Shown here: positions 25,151 to 39,009 of the stretch, piece after piece
Numbering within the stretch: the stretch's first letter is position 1
Layout of the letters: each line of letters begins with the position of its first letter
Origin: Octopus vulgaris
Taxonomy: Eukaryota
Assembly: GCA_951406725.2 (NCBI GenBank)
Contig: OX597828.1
Location: 50,220,001 to 50,284,000, forward strand
Direction of reading: 5' to 3'
DNA: 64,000 bases
The notes under the pieces: generated by a model
The model's database searches: none
Seen by the model: only the letters and a program-made list of their open reading frames with translations
What the model was told of the DNA's origin: nothing
Translations under genes and position numbers: made by a program

Positions 25151-25569
25151 AAGCCAGGTATCAAATATTGTCGATTTTAGAATCCTCAGTATTAAGTTGA
25201 TTCATAGGTTGTTAACTACGGAAAGATGGAAACAAATTGACCTTAGATTTGAACTCATAGCTTAAAGGCATTTAACCGAATCTATTACTTTTTACTTCCC
25301 TTAAACAGTACTAATAAGTATTTTTAACACAGTAGTAAGCTATCAATTCAGAGAGGAGTAGTTAGTCAATACCATCGACCTTAGTATTTGACTGGTACTT
25401 TATTCTATGGACCACTCAAAAATGAAAGGCACAGTTGACCTCGACGGGATTTGAACTCAGAACGTAAAGAGTTGAAACAAATAGCAAACCATTTTGTCTC
25501 ACACTCGATAGATTCTGCAAATTCGCTGCCCTTCTAATAATACCGATCATAAAAATCGGTTTTATCTTT

Positions 25570-25754
25570 TATTTGTTTCAGTCATTAGACTGAAGCCATG
25601 CTGGCGCACTGCCTTGAGGAATTTTAGACGAACTAATCAACCCCAGGACTTTTTTTATATGGTACATATTCAATCGGTCTCTTTTTCCAAACGGCTAAAT
25701 TATGGGGATGTAAACATACCAACACCGGTTGTCAAGCGGTGGAGGGGACAGAAA

Positions 25755-25789
<35 letters not shown>

Positions 25790-25920
25790 CGGGCTACGAA
25801 ACCCACTCACAAGGCTTTGGTCGGCCCGAGTTTATAAGAGAAAAAAATTTCCCAAGGTACAACACAGTGGGACTGAACCCAGAACCATATGGTTGGGAAG
25901 TAGACTTCTTACCATACAGC
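25570..25920 (-). mobile_element. SINE family A (CORE-like), diverged
   Basis: Homologous to 40446-40912. Confidence 0.75.
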
Positions 25921-26497
25921 CTGTTTGCATATTTCTAACATAAGCACAATATTTCAAATACCCGCAGAGAATTAGTCAATGAAATTAACCCCAATACTTG
26001 ACTGGCATTTCACTTTTATCAATTCCGAACGAAAGGAAAGGTGAAGTCGGCGTGATCCGAACCTAGAACTTAATGAGAGTACAACAAAGCATTTTCCCAT
26101 CACCCTAACAGTTCTGGCAAATTAAAACAAACCGATCGTATTTAATGGCAGGCATAACAGAAGCCAGATACAAAGAATATAATATTTGCAATGTAATGTG
26201 CAGAACGGAAATTGTAGTGAGATATTTGCTTGTTGTATAAATAGTATTCCGATAATGTGATTAGTATTTTGTCTTACTGATTAATCATTTTATTTTAGGT
26301 TCTTAATTAAGTCATTTATTGATAAATTTGAAATTACATTTTGAAGATATGTACTCAATTAAGTCTCCTCAGAATCCGTAGATGAACCATCTAAGATTGG
26401 TGATTCAAAATACTTCATAATTTCTGCAGAGAGCTCTCTCTGTAAATTTAATGATCAATACACAAAGGGATTTGCCACTCTGTAGCGTTGATATTGT

Positions 26498-26830
26498 GGG
26501 GGCACATGGCCTAGTGATTAGAGCAGTGGACTCGCGGTCGAGGGTTCGCGGGTTCGAATCTCAGACCGGGCGGTGTGTGTGTTTATGAGCGAAAACACCT
26601 AAGCTCCACGCCGCTCCGCCAGAAGGTAATGGCGAACTTCTGCTGACTCTTTCGCCACAACTTTTTCTCACTCTTTCCTCCTGCATCTTGTAAGCTCACC
26701 TGCGACGGACCGGCGTCACGTCCAGGTGGGGAACCTATACGCCGAGGAAACCGGGAAACCGGGCCTTATGAACCAGGCGTGGCTCGAGAACGAACGAACG
26801 AACGAACAACAACAACAACAGCAGCAGCTT
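26498..26830 (+). mobile_element. tRNA-derived SINE family C, tail type 1
   Basis: A box TGGCCTAGTGA, B box GGTTCGAATC; GAAACCGGGAAACCGG tail and (AAC)n end. Confidence 0.85.
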
Positions 26831-27084
26831 TGATATTTCCCACGACCTTCCCGTAGAGTTATGTGTATGAAAGCTAATTTAAAGCGCCATGTAATTCTCT
26901 CAATAAAACTACTGATCGGCACAGCACATACACAAACACACATGGACGTGTGTGTATGTGTATGTACATGGTTCCAATCTCGTTAGGGGACAATGGTGAT
27001 TTCAAATTAGTGCTCATAATGTTTATCGTTTAGTAAATTAAAGGTATATAACACATTGTTTTTTTTAATGAAATCTTTCTTTTA

Positions 27085-27580
27085 TCTTTTACTTGTTCAG
27101 TCATTTGACCGCGGCCATGCTGGAGCACTAACTTGAATTTTTAGTCGATTGAATTGACTCCAGTACTTGTTTTTTTGAGTCTGGTACTTATTCCGTCGAT
27201 CTCTTTTACCGAACCGCTAAGTTACGGGGACACAAACACACCAACGCCAGTTATAAAGCGGTGGTGGGGGTAAAACACAGACACAAAGACACAGACACAC
27301 ACACATACATACATATAAACATACATAGATACACACATGCATACAAATATACATAGATACACACATACATACATACAGACATACATAGATACACACATGC
27401 AAACATACATGCATACATACACACACTCACACACTCGATGGGCTTCTTTCAATTTCCATCTACGAAAACCACTCACAAGGCTTTGGTCGACCCGAGATTA
27501 CACCAGAAAAAGATTACCCAACGCACCACACAGTGGGACTGAACCCGGAACCATGTGGTTGGGAAACAGACTTCTTACCA
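27085..27580 (-). mobile_element. SINE family A with internal microsatellite
   Basis: Homologous to 40446-40912. Confidence 0.8.
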
Positions 27581-27670
27581 CACACACACACACGTTAACG
27601 GTTCAGCATAATGAAATATAATATAATATAATATAATATAATATAATATAATATAATATAATATAATATA

Positions 27671-27729
<59 letters not shown>

Positions 27730-27731
<2 letters not shown>

Positions 27732-27932
27732 TTAATCCAAACAAGAAAGCACAAAAAACACAACAACGCGAGGACGTGGAACAAATATAGTATTATTGGA
27801 CGCTCAGTAAAGAAGGAGGGTTTAACGTTCAAGCGGAGCTCTTCGTCGGAAACATAGGAGAAGGAAAGATCCAGAGAAGGGAAGACAGAGGAAAAAAAAA
27901 TCGCCAACGGTACACACGAGGTCACATTTTGA
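27730..27932 (-). mobile_element. Penelope-like pLTR fragment with degenerate hammerhead
   Basis: GTTT-CCGACGA-A-GAGC-TCC-GCTT-GAA-CGTT-AAAC at 27820-27853. Confidence 0.55.
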
Positions 27933-27939
27933 TATATAT

Positions 27940-28101
27940 GACGGGCTTCTTTTAGTTTCCGTTTGCCAAATCCACTTAAAAGGCTTTGGTGGGCCCGAGG
28001 CTGTAGCAGAAGATACTTGCTCAAGGTGCCACGCAGTGGGACTGAATCCAGAACCATGTAGCTGGGAAACATGCTTCTTACCACACAGCCACATCAGCGC
28101 C
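27940..28101 (-). mobile_element. SINE family A 5' half
   Basis: GGTTCAGTCCCACTGCGTGGCACCTTG-like motif. Confidence 0.8.
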
Positions 28102-28159
28102 TATATGTATGCGCACGAATCCATAACTATATGCTTATCTCTCTCTCTCTCTCTCTCTG

Positions 28160-28240
<81 letters not shown>

Positions 28241-28280
28241 CTGTATCTATCTATCTATCTATCTATCAACTCTCTCTCTG

Positions 28281-28392
<112 letters not shown>

Positions 28393-28669
28393 GATCTATC
28401 TCTCTATCTATTTGTGTTTACGGTCTATAATCCAATTGATATCTAAATATGCGAGATATTTTATTGTGTAGTTTATTTATTCCAAATATTTTGTTGTTCA
28501 GTTTTAGAATCGGGTGTTTCCATAACAATATGTGTTTATGACGAATTGAAGTTACATTCGTCTTTGATGTGTCGATGTTCGGGTGGCGGTGATGACTTGG
28601 CAGCCTCATTATATATAATGTGAAAAGTTATACACACGCTCACACATTGCACATACACACACGAACACT

Positions 28670-30580
28670 TACACACAAACACACTGAAATACGCACTCAC
28701 ATGTATATGCACACACACTCACATCTGTATATACACACACACACACACACACACATATCTTTATCCTTTGTTTACTTGTAAATATTATAATTTGTATAAA
28801 CATGCGTACAGTTCTTTATTTAAAGATTTATTTGAAGTTTTATTTAAAGATTCCAAGGACATAATTTCCAATAGACATTCATTAGGATTCAAAGAAGAGG
28901 AAAAGAGGACAAGGAGAAATGAGAGAAAAATGGTGAAGAGTTTGTGAAAGAAAGGGACAATGACGTAACAGAAAGTGTGGGTGTTAATGAGAATGATGGA
29001 AATAATTCATAATATGACATCAAAATTATCAAACAACAGTCTGTCATTCATTTATTTTCCCTCTCCATTGTTTTTGAATCATTAATTGTAATTTATGTAT
29101 AAAATATTTTCATTTTCCCTGATTTGAACAAAAATTCACCAAAATAACATCAACCACTTGTTTGGTCTTTTGATATTTTTATGAATTAGTTCTTGGTATT
29201 TTATATAGTGATTGCTAACATAGTGCCTCACCATTCTGATTTCTTTGCTCTTTGATAGATTTTCACTGTTCTGGATTCAACAAACTCTGATGGTAATTGT
29301 CTTCTTTGTTCAGCTTTTTGTAGTAAAATCACTACAGGACTACATCAGTCTTGACTGAATCGATTGTATCCTTACTCTGAATAAACTGACTTAATGTGTT
29401 GCCAACGTCTATTATCTTCCCACGATATATATTTTCCAATCCACTAAGACAGAGAAAACTGAAGTTGCTATATTTTACACTGATGTAAGAACCGACAGTC
29501 TTGGTAGTAGAGACCATCATTTCTCGGGCAGAAAAGTTATTGCTGATGATCTGTCACACGCAGAAGGAAATTTCACGATTGCCTGATCCAATCTGACAGA
29601 GTAATTGAGGTAAAAGTAACGTGGAATCTATGATGTTTCAAATCATTCTAATATGTAGCTTCACAAGATAAAGATGCTGTTTTGCATTTGGCAAGAATCG
29701 AGATTCTTATAGAAAGCTTGAGAATCAATGTTGGAATTTATACATCCCTTCAACCATTTATTTCCCGCGAATCAATAATATATATCAGAGGTTGTTCAGG
29801 AGAATTATTTTTCAGTATAGAAGAGAATGAGAGATCAAGTGGTTTATTCTTCGTCTGGATGGTCGTGGCTGGAACTCATGGGACCATACATGAAGATCAA
29901 AAACTAGATAGCATGAAAGGAAACGAAACGTGTCTATGTGTCAATGTATATTTGTGCGTGTATATGTATGTTCGTATATATTCTTTCTTGTGACACAAAT
30001 TCTTCCATAATGAACTCCAGTGTAACAATTTGAATTAGCCCTTTATGTTATCGGTTGTTTAGCAGAATTGAACTCGGAACATTGATGAAGGTTGGTATAT
30101 AACATGCAGCTATTAATACAATTTGTTATTCATTGAAGTACAAGTCAACGTTTTCTATATAAATAAAACCATCAGATGTCTTTATTATTCCCAACATGAA
30201 GGCAGGAATAAATCGATGCGCAGTTTATAAATAACTGTCTGATGGGGTTTTGTAATGTAAAGAATTTAACCTTCTCTGACACTGCCTCTCTCTTTCTCTT
30301 AGTTGTCCTCCTCCCTCTTCTTCTCCTCTGCCTCCTATTTCCTTCTTCAACAAATGTTGAGGTAATTTCTACTACTTAAATAAAATCACTTCGTTTATTT
30401 AGGTGATACTGTAAAAGCTGGAGAATATAAATTCTATAGACTGGACCTTTATATATAACTGGTATTTCCTTTACGGACGTCCGTGGGATGGAAAATGAAA
30501 CTGTTGGGTCTGAATTGATTCCAAAGTATTTAAAACTCTACGTTGTTTAATAGCAACTCCACCAAAATATATAAAGTACA
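28670..30580. repeat. Arm A of ~1.9-kb inverted duplication
   Basis: Reverse complement aligns colinearly with 57485-59330; no differences found over ~29399-29647. Confidence 0.95.
29332..29520 (-). CDS. Candidate 62-aa small ORF in duplicated arm A; no recognisable homology
   Basis: Open in both arms with the same start and stop position; coding status unproven. Confidence 0.2.
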   Translation of the reverse strand: MMVSTTKTVGSYISVKYSNFSFLCLSGLENIYRGKIIDVGNTLSQFIQSKDTIDSVKTDVVL

Positions 30581-30737
30581 GTAATGTACTATATTATTGT
30601 ATAATGAAGAATCTCTGAAGAACTGTCATCACTGAGGGTATAATAGAACGTAGTATTCTCCTGTCGCCTTCTCTAAACCTAAATGAGAGGATTTGTGTTC
30701 AATACTATAATAGGAAATAGCACTTAACTCATATATA

Positions 30738-31928
30738 CCAGGGTCGGCTGAAAAAGTTCAAAGGCTGATCAAGATACTCTCATGCAATGTGACCGAATGA
30801 GGCTTATTTTCAACATAGTTTCCCTTGCAGTTCACAAAGTTTTTCCATCAGTGTTGCAGTGCGTGGATTCCATTGATGAAGAAACTATCATCCTGTTGGT
30901 AAAACAAAAAAAAATAATAAATTGCCAACAGCAGATATGAAGTCATCATCACTGCGATACTGGTTCTCAGCCAAGTATTTTTTCCTGTTGGGCAATAGAA
31001 GATAGCCAGATGGGGCCAAATTAGGAGAGAAGGAGGGTGATCAATCAGTTCAAAGTCACAGTCACGCAAAACAGCCATTGAAACCAACTTGTATGCTGGA
31101 GCATTGTTCGAATGAAACAACACTCCTTTCGTCAGTTTTCCTGGTTATTTGGTCTTGATAACCTTTCGCAACTGTCTCAGCAATTTGGTATAGTAATCCC
31201 CATTCACTGCAGAGGAAACAAATTTGACCTTCTATAGAGCAGGCGAATAGTGGTGTTTCCAGTGCATGGATTGTCTCTTTGTCGCTGGCTCATCCTGGCT
31301 TATAAAACCGGCTGGACCTGCCTCAAATAATGTCAGATTTTTCTTTGATATGATCAGCCTGGTACGCTTTTGGTCAGGTGTCAGAAGGCGTGGAAACCCA
31401 CGAAACAGAAATCTTCATCATGTCAAGTTTATTGTGCAGAGTAGTCTCAACTCTCTCACAGAATATGCTAAACGGATTGACTATTTGATTTATAGTCAAT
31501 CGCCTGTCAGCCATCAGCAAATGGTGAACACGATCAATGTTTTCTTCGGTGGTGGCAGTTGCAGAACGTCCAGTCATTGGGTCATCTCTAAGACTCTTCC
31601 TTCTTCTCCTGGATTCAGCTGCCCACTTTTTGCACTGCTGATAAATCTGGAGCATCATCTAATGTCGTAACCATGTCAGCATGAATGTCCTTGGGGCTAA
31701 ATTATTTTTCTGCAGGTACTTGATAACATTACAATACCAAATTTTGTCCATTTTCAAGAAAAATCACTATTAGTATATTTTGAAGTCTTCTCTGAACTGT
31801 CAGATGTCAGATTACCTGGAATGAAACAATGCCGTTATTAATAAGATTTGAAATTAATGTATTGAAGATTTCATAACAATAGCATCATCTCTTCATAGCC
31901 AGCTTATGAACTTTCCAGTCCATCCTCG
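30738..31928 (-). mobile_element. Decayed mariner transposon
   Basis: TIRs (TA)CCAGGGTCGGCTGAAAAAGTTCA / TGAACTTTCCAGTCCATCCTCG(TA); SLRDDPMTGRS..ENIDRV..ADRRLT and LFHSNNAPAY..LIDHPP relics. Confidence 0.9.
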
Positions 31929-32262
31929 TATACAGTAAGTTTCGTATGTCTATTTGGTGCCTCTCTACAGACACTAAAACATAAACGCTCACGGTCGTAG
32001 TCCAGTGACTGAAACCAGTAAAAGAAGGAAAGAAGAAAAAATATGCACTCACACATACCACCCCCCATATATATATGACTAGCGAATGGAAATCGTGCAT
32101 ATACTGACCCTCTGCGGACGCAACTGGACCCGTTGAAAGTAGTGCTCTTGCAATTATCCACTTCTCTTTGAAACGCACACACACAGACACACATATTGTA
32201 TATAAGAATATATATACGTGTGAGTTTATGCATATATGAATATATATATATGTGTGTGTGTG

Positions 32263-32431
<169 letters not shown>

Positions 32432-33029
32432 TTATCCATCTACACAGGCACACATATGATTGAGGTGGTTCAGGGTACCTAGGCACCTGTATCTTTTTTA
32501 ATTGCTTTGTTTTTAGTTCTGTCGGGAGAGTATTCAATTGCAGCTGCGATGTACTCAGCCGTGGTTAATACTGGAAGTTTTATAGCAGGAAACCTACTGA
32601 ACAGATTTGCTGTAGAACACACGAGAATATCTCATACTAATTATTGTCGTAACCTGTTTCAACGTAGGTCGTTGTTATTCGTGCGTAACAGTACTATAAC
32701 ATTATTCGATGTATTAGACACATCATCATTTGTCGAATTCCTGTTATGGTTATACAAACAAATGCTTTACAAATTGCTCTGCTGATTGCGCACAAATGCT
32801 TTAGAAAATTACATAAAAGATGCAAGATTGCAATTTCTTCAACTGCAGGCATCGTATATGAATACTCGTAATTATTATATTGATAAAGAAATATAACGAT
32901 TTGGCTTGAGGTCATAATGAAAGCTTCTATTTTTGTTCTAAGTGTTAAAGAAACATACAATGGGCAGTTTCATTTACACCTATCAAATTTCACTCATAAA
33001 AGGCCAAGCCGGAGCTATAGTAGAAGATA

Positions 33030-34236
33030 CAAGGAGTGTTCATTAAAGATTTTCCCTGACCACCTCCGGTTATTGCAGGAAACGGAACTTGTACAGGTAT
33101 AATCATACATGTTTCTACATGTCACATTGTAAATTTCAGCTTTCCACTAGTATTTGTTTGTCTTTTACGGCTGCTGAAGTGGACAAAGGTGTTGTAATGG
33201 AGGCAGCTGAATGCAGATCAGTGATCAGGTTCTTATACTTGAAAGGTCGTACACCAAAAGAAACTTTCGATGTGATGAAAAACGTTTATGGTCACGATGC
33301 ACCATCATACGACGTAGTTAAGCACTGGATTCGCTAGTTCAAATGTGGTCGGACATCGGTGGAAACTGCTCCCATTCCTGGACGACCACATTCCGCCATT
33401 GATAACGACACCATCCATAATGTGGAAGCCGTCATTTTGGATGATCGCCGCATAAGTATTCGGCAACTAGACCAAGAAATGAAGATAAGTGTAGGATCCG
33501 TGAAAAGCAAAAAAAATCACGACCATTTTCACATGCGAAAGTTATCTGCATGATGGATTTCCTGGCTGCTCACACTTTTTCAGAAGCAGAAACGAGTCAA
33601 TTGCCCCCAGGCTTTTTTGGCAATGTGCCAAGAAAATGAGGAGGATTTTTTGGGCGGACTTATCACACAGGACGAAACATGGGTCCATCACCACCTCCAA
33701 AGAAGGTCGTGTCCAACCCTCAGCAGGCAAGGTTGGGACCAGCGCGGAGTAGTGACGATGGATTTTCTGGCAAAAGACACCACAATTAACGGGGTATATT
33801 ATGCTTCCCTGCTGCAGAAATTGCGGGACGCCATCACAGCAAATATGCTGGTATGCTGATCAAAGGAGTCCGCCTACTCCAAGACAACGCCCCAGTTCAC
33901 AATGCACATGTTGTCCAGATTGAAACAACCTCTTGCAGCTATGAAATCCTTCATCCTCTTGCTTACTTTCCCGACCTCGTACCATCTGACCTCTGCCTCA
34001 TTCCAACCATGAAGTCTTTTTTGAAGGGGAAGCACATTTCGGATGATGAACTTATTTCTGAGGTTCCAGACGCAACCCACCGACTTCTAGAAACGAGGTC
34101 TTCACAGCTTCATAAATCGATGGAGAAGTCACCATTGGTGGTGGCAATGTAGAGAAGGACCAACAATTATGTCAAGTATCGTTTATCTCAGTGCTTGGGA
34201 TGTGGGTCAGGCGAAATCTTTAACGAACACCCTCCA
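33030..34236 (+). mobile_element. Decayed near-full-length mariner inserted in a SINE
   Basis: TIRs with TA TSD; RSVIRFLYLKG, PIPGRP, ITQDETWV, LLQDNAPVH, YFPDLVPSD motifs across frameshifts. Confidence 0.92.
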
Positions 34237-34495
34237 TACTTGCCTAAATGTATCAAACTCGGTTAGAAAGCAAATTTCTTAATCACATGGTCATTATATC
34301 ACAAAATTCTAAGTTAATGATTCTTCATTCGTTGTCCTATTGGTTTTCCTTTGGTATTCGACAACAATATAATTTAATATTCAGTTGTTGTTTAACTCTA
34401 AGTAATTCTCATAAAAGAGACCAATAACAAAAAGCTTTCTCCTTGTAATTCTCACAACTATATTTTACTAATTTAAAAATAAGTGTATCTAGGAT

Positions 34496-34603
34496 TAGAT
34501 AGGCAAAGTCGAGCTCGGCGGAATTTGAACTCAGAACGTAACGGCAGACGAAATACGGCTTCGCATTTCGCCCGGCGTGCTAACGTTTCTGCCAGCTCAC
34601 CGC
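34496..34603 (-). mobile_element. SINE family B 5' part
   Basis: GCGGTGAGCTGGCAGAAACGTTAGCACGCCGGGCGAAATG. Confidence 0.8.
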
Positions 34604-35073
34604 GACCTATTTCTGATAAGAGATCAGTAACAAAAAACGTTCTCGTAATAATCTTTTGTATCACATTGTATCACATTGTGCGTATGTGTATCTCGAACTA
34701 CGTTATCAAATGTGTAGTTTCTTTCTTAAAACTGTAGTGTATGGTTTGAGGGCGAATTAGCTTCTATCTCTTGCACTCAAACGGATATAAACGGATAAAA
34801 AGCAATTTTTCATTTGCTCTAATTTATAAATATTTAATTTAGTATAAAGTCACATTCATCGGGTCTGCGTAATTGTATCTGTATGTGTGTATAAGTGCAT
34901 GTTTGTATGCATGCGTGTGTTTATGGATTGCCTCTATGTGCTTGAGTCTGTGCGTAAATACATTTTCTGAATGCATTTACAAGCAGTTGCGCACGCGCGT
35001 ATTTGTGTGCGTATAAATGCAATGCATATATACATACCTACATACATATATACATAGTACATACCTACATACA

Positions 35074-35222
<149 letters not shown>

Positions 35223-36440
35223 TTATCTATAACTATATATAACTACGCAATTATGTGTATATGTCATTATGCCAATATAATTAACACACGCACACTGGTT
35301 CAATACCACTCATTGATTAAATATCCGTTTTGTTGTTGTTGCTTTTTTGCACAGTGTTTTATGTATATACATATATGTGTGTGTATGTATATCAACCAAT
35401 ATATATATACATACATATTCAGATAGATATTTATGATACAGATATGTTTGTATATATATGTATATGTACACACATAAGTATAATAGCGCATTCGTATGCA
35501 CGTATGTTAAAATACATATATATTAAAATAGATGCTATTTGAATAAGACGCTGCTCGCGGTATTCCACAAGCTCGAAATCTCCGCCATTGCTAAATACGC
35601 TAATTCGTTAATTATAATGTTGTGTAAATTTGTCCAAGATAATTTGACAAATATATTCCGCAGCTGATGTTGCTATGGGAAAACTCCAGCATTATGTTTG
35701 GTTTCAAGCTGTGTTGAGTTAAGGCGCCAAATAACGGTAGCGACAATACGCGCGATGGCGATAGATGTGTTGATGATAAGGATGCTGATGCTGATCAGGA
35801 TGACGAAGATAGTGCCTCTGATGATGATGATGATGAAGGTCGTGATGATGAAAAGGATGATGGTGGTGATAGAAGTAGTGGTGAAATTAAAGATAGATGC
35901 TGCTGCTGATGGTGGTGGTGGTGGTGGTGGTGATGATAATGATGATGGTGATAGACAAAATGATATCGGTGGAGAAATTTTAAAGGCGACGAGTTACTCT
36001 CTATGTATTCGAATAAAATATTTGTATTGAACCATTTGTTATTACATAACCCTCCTGTTTGAGAGACACAATGAATTTAAAGAATTATTTAGGATAAACT
36101 TATGAAAAATTTTCTTCTTCAAAATCGTTTTTATTTTTAGTTAGTCTTCCTTCTCGATATTTTTCTTGAAATTCATAATGATTATCATTAATCAGCATTG
36201 AATTAAACCAAATCCTTCTAGCTACTTTGTTTTACGTGAATCATATGCATTAGTTATTTTGAAAATCTTAAATATTTTATTTGTGTGGCAGTTATTGTAA
36301 CCATCGTAATGAATGATTTACCAGTTTTTATTTCAGTGGCTGATTAGTTATTCCAATTTCATTTTATATCTGTAGGAGTTATGGTAAACTTAAAGGATCC
36401 ACAGATTGTAGTTTCTGTTAACTGATTGCTACAGATAGAT

Positions 36441-36748
36441 AAACGTCGCCCTTTTTCAAGCCTAGCCAGGCTCATGGGCCCGGTTTCCCGGTTTCTGTGG
36501 CGTATGCGTTCCCCCCACCTGGACGGGACGCCAGTCCATTGCAGCGTTACTCAAGAAACAGGAAGAGAGAGTGAGAGAAAGTTGTGTCGAAAGAGTACAA
36601 CAGCGGTCGCCACCACCCCCTGCCGGGGCCTCGTGGAACTTCTAGGTGTTTTCGCTCAATAAACACACACAAAGCCAGGTCTGGGAATCGAAACCGCGAT
36701 CCTCCGACCGCGAGCCCGCTGCCCTAACCATTGGGCCATTGCGCCTCC
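36441..36748 (-). mobile_element. SINE family C, tail type 1 variant
   Basis: GGAGGCGCAATGGCCCAATGGTTAGGGC head; GAAACCGGGAAACCGGGCCCATGAG tail. Confidence 0.85.
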
Positions 36749-38247
36749 ACTGTCTCTGCTGCTTCAAGCGCTGTTGTCTTCGCCACCGTCGCCGTTGCCG
36801 TTGTCATTGTAGTTGTTGTTGGCGTCGTCGACAGCAGCGCATGAAACAGCAGAGACAACTTTGCGGCCAGAAATGGCTGCTACGCCAGCAACAGCGGAAC
36901 CACCAGAACCACGTCCTGAAATATCAGCACCGCCAGCGACTCCAGCAGTAGCAACAACAACATCAGATTCAGAGTTAGCGAAAGAAACATCGGTGGTGAT
37001 AGCACATCTAATACACAGACACGAAAACAAGTCAGTTCAACCGCATCCACGTTTAAGCAAAGTGTGAACAGCCTCAACTCTCCTGTTAGGACACTGGAAA
37101 GGCACAATATCCCGTCCCTGGCCAGTCGCGTATGGCGCTAAAAAGAAGAAGGAACCCATACATAATTAAATGAAAGCTCCTTCAACAACAAAACGCTTGT
37201 ATAAACGGGGAGCAAACGATGTCAGTTTTGTTTGGCTGAAAATGTAAGAATCCTAAAAGACTCTCTCGATCCGAGGACCGGTTTAAACTTCAGGAAAGAA
37301 ACGGTTCCTAGTTCAGGCTTAGCATTCCCGATTCGTTGAATAGTCTCACCACAGTTCCTTCGAATGCCGGAGCCGATGTAAACGAGATAACTCCGTCCTC
37401 GTCGCAGCGCAGACAATTATTTTTTCGTTTACAAAAGCAGCTAACCGTTACGTATTTCTTCATCCAGTCGTAGAGAGGTTATATGCTTTCAGCCATTTGA
37501 GCCTAACGAGTCCCCAATACTGCCACAGTACACTAAAATGAAATATTTCGGTTATTTTCTTTTCTTTTTCTTAAATTGTTTTAAAAGAACTGCAGTATAT
37601 TTGATATCTTAATCTCGATTCTTTATATTAATCCTTCTTATTTACTACTTTCCTAAATATATTTCTAGGTTTATACATACCTTTAGTTGCTTCGACTTAG
37701 AAATTAACGAAAATTTATCCCCATAATTCAGTATATATCTATTTATTTACTTATTTTCTAACCCACTTATGAGCGAATATATCCGTTAAAAATTCATTCG
37801 CTTCTAATATCCCGCTTGTATTTTTCAGTTTATCACCAGAAGTTAATAACCATGGACATTAACTTTTTAGCTTCAATAAGAACGAAATAAAATTGGTTTT
37901 CTGACAGCGAGCGTGGGAGCCGAAAAGACGTCATCGGCTCGCTTGCAACCATAGAAATTTAGCAGCCAAAAAGTCAGTTGTTAGGTGAAAGCTAAGCATT
38001 TCAAAGAAAAAAAAATGTATACCCATTGAAAAAACTATACTGCGGACGTAAATAAGCATGTTTTGAAAAAGAAGAAAATAAGAAATATAGGCAAGTAACA
38101 ACCGGTGAGTGTGTTTATAGGCTTTATTAATTATTACTCTTCCCTAATATAACAATAAATTGCTTTCCGTGTCCTTTAAAATCACTGTATTTAATTAAGT
38201 AAAATCATTCTACTAATGATATCTAGCGATTATATAAAACCACGTTT

Positions 38248-38472
38248 AAGGCAACGAGCTGGCAGAAACGTTAGCTCGCCGGGCGAAATGCGTAGCCGTA
38301 TTTCGTCTGCCGTTACGTTCTGGGTTCAAATTCCACCGAGGTCGACTTTGCCTTTCAGGGCCGATAAATTAAATACCAGTCACGCACTGGGGTCGATGTA
38401 ATTGACTTAATCCGTTTGTCTGTCCTTGTTTGTCACCTCTGTGTTTAGCCCCTTTGTGGGTAGTAAAGAAAT
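38248..38472 (+). mobile_element. SINE family B, tail type 1
   Basis: Homologous to 20747 and 59721. Confidence 0.85.
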
Positions 38473-39009
38473 ATATATAAAACTGCGTTAATGTTCACAA
38501 TTCTTACATTTACTAGTTTACTAAATACACATCAATTACATGTTAAACATTAACACCAACTTTTTTTCATCTTGGATAAGAAACATGAATGCAATTATTT
38601 TCAATGTTTTTACATACGCAGACAAAACCATTTCACTTATGAATTATATTACTTTTTCCTGTCTTAGACAATTACTTTTACTTTTACACTTATTCCAATT
38701 TCCAATTATAAAGCCAGCTGTTCACTTTATTGCTTCTCTCACACTTTTTTCATTTTGAGATGTTGTCTACTATTCTATTATATTCCCGGGGTTCTCCCAA
38801 CTGTAGTTTCTTATATTCAGCATCTTTATAAAATTGACATCTCTGTTCATTTGAAATTTGTTCTGTATATTTACCCAACCTAGTCCCTTAGCCTTACCAA
38901 ACCCCTAAATCCACATGTATATTTATATAATGGCACTTCTGCATAATATTGTGAATATTGTTTTGCATTAGATCCTCATCTCTTTATTGAGTCATATGGG
39001 TGCTGTGGT

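Noticed and set aside
26498-26570. tRNA-like sequences with A and B boxes (also at other SINE heads)
   Set aside because: No closing acceptor stem; they continue into SINE bodies with tails and TSDs
29544-29597. TGATGA...CTGA C/D-box snoRNA-like motif in the duplicated core
   Set aside because: Too short, weak terminal stem, no guide complementarity that I can recognise
30166-30251. Three-way-junction fold closed by CCATCAGA/TCTGATGG in arm A
   Set aside because: Arm B has substitutions that break the closing stem without compensation
36813-37067. Pro/Ala/Thr-rich 84-aa ORF in GC-richer DNA
   Set aside because: Low complexity, no ATG start, no splice context or domain; likely TE-derived
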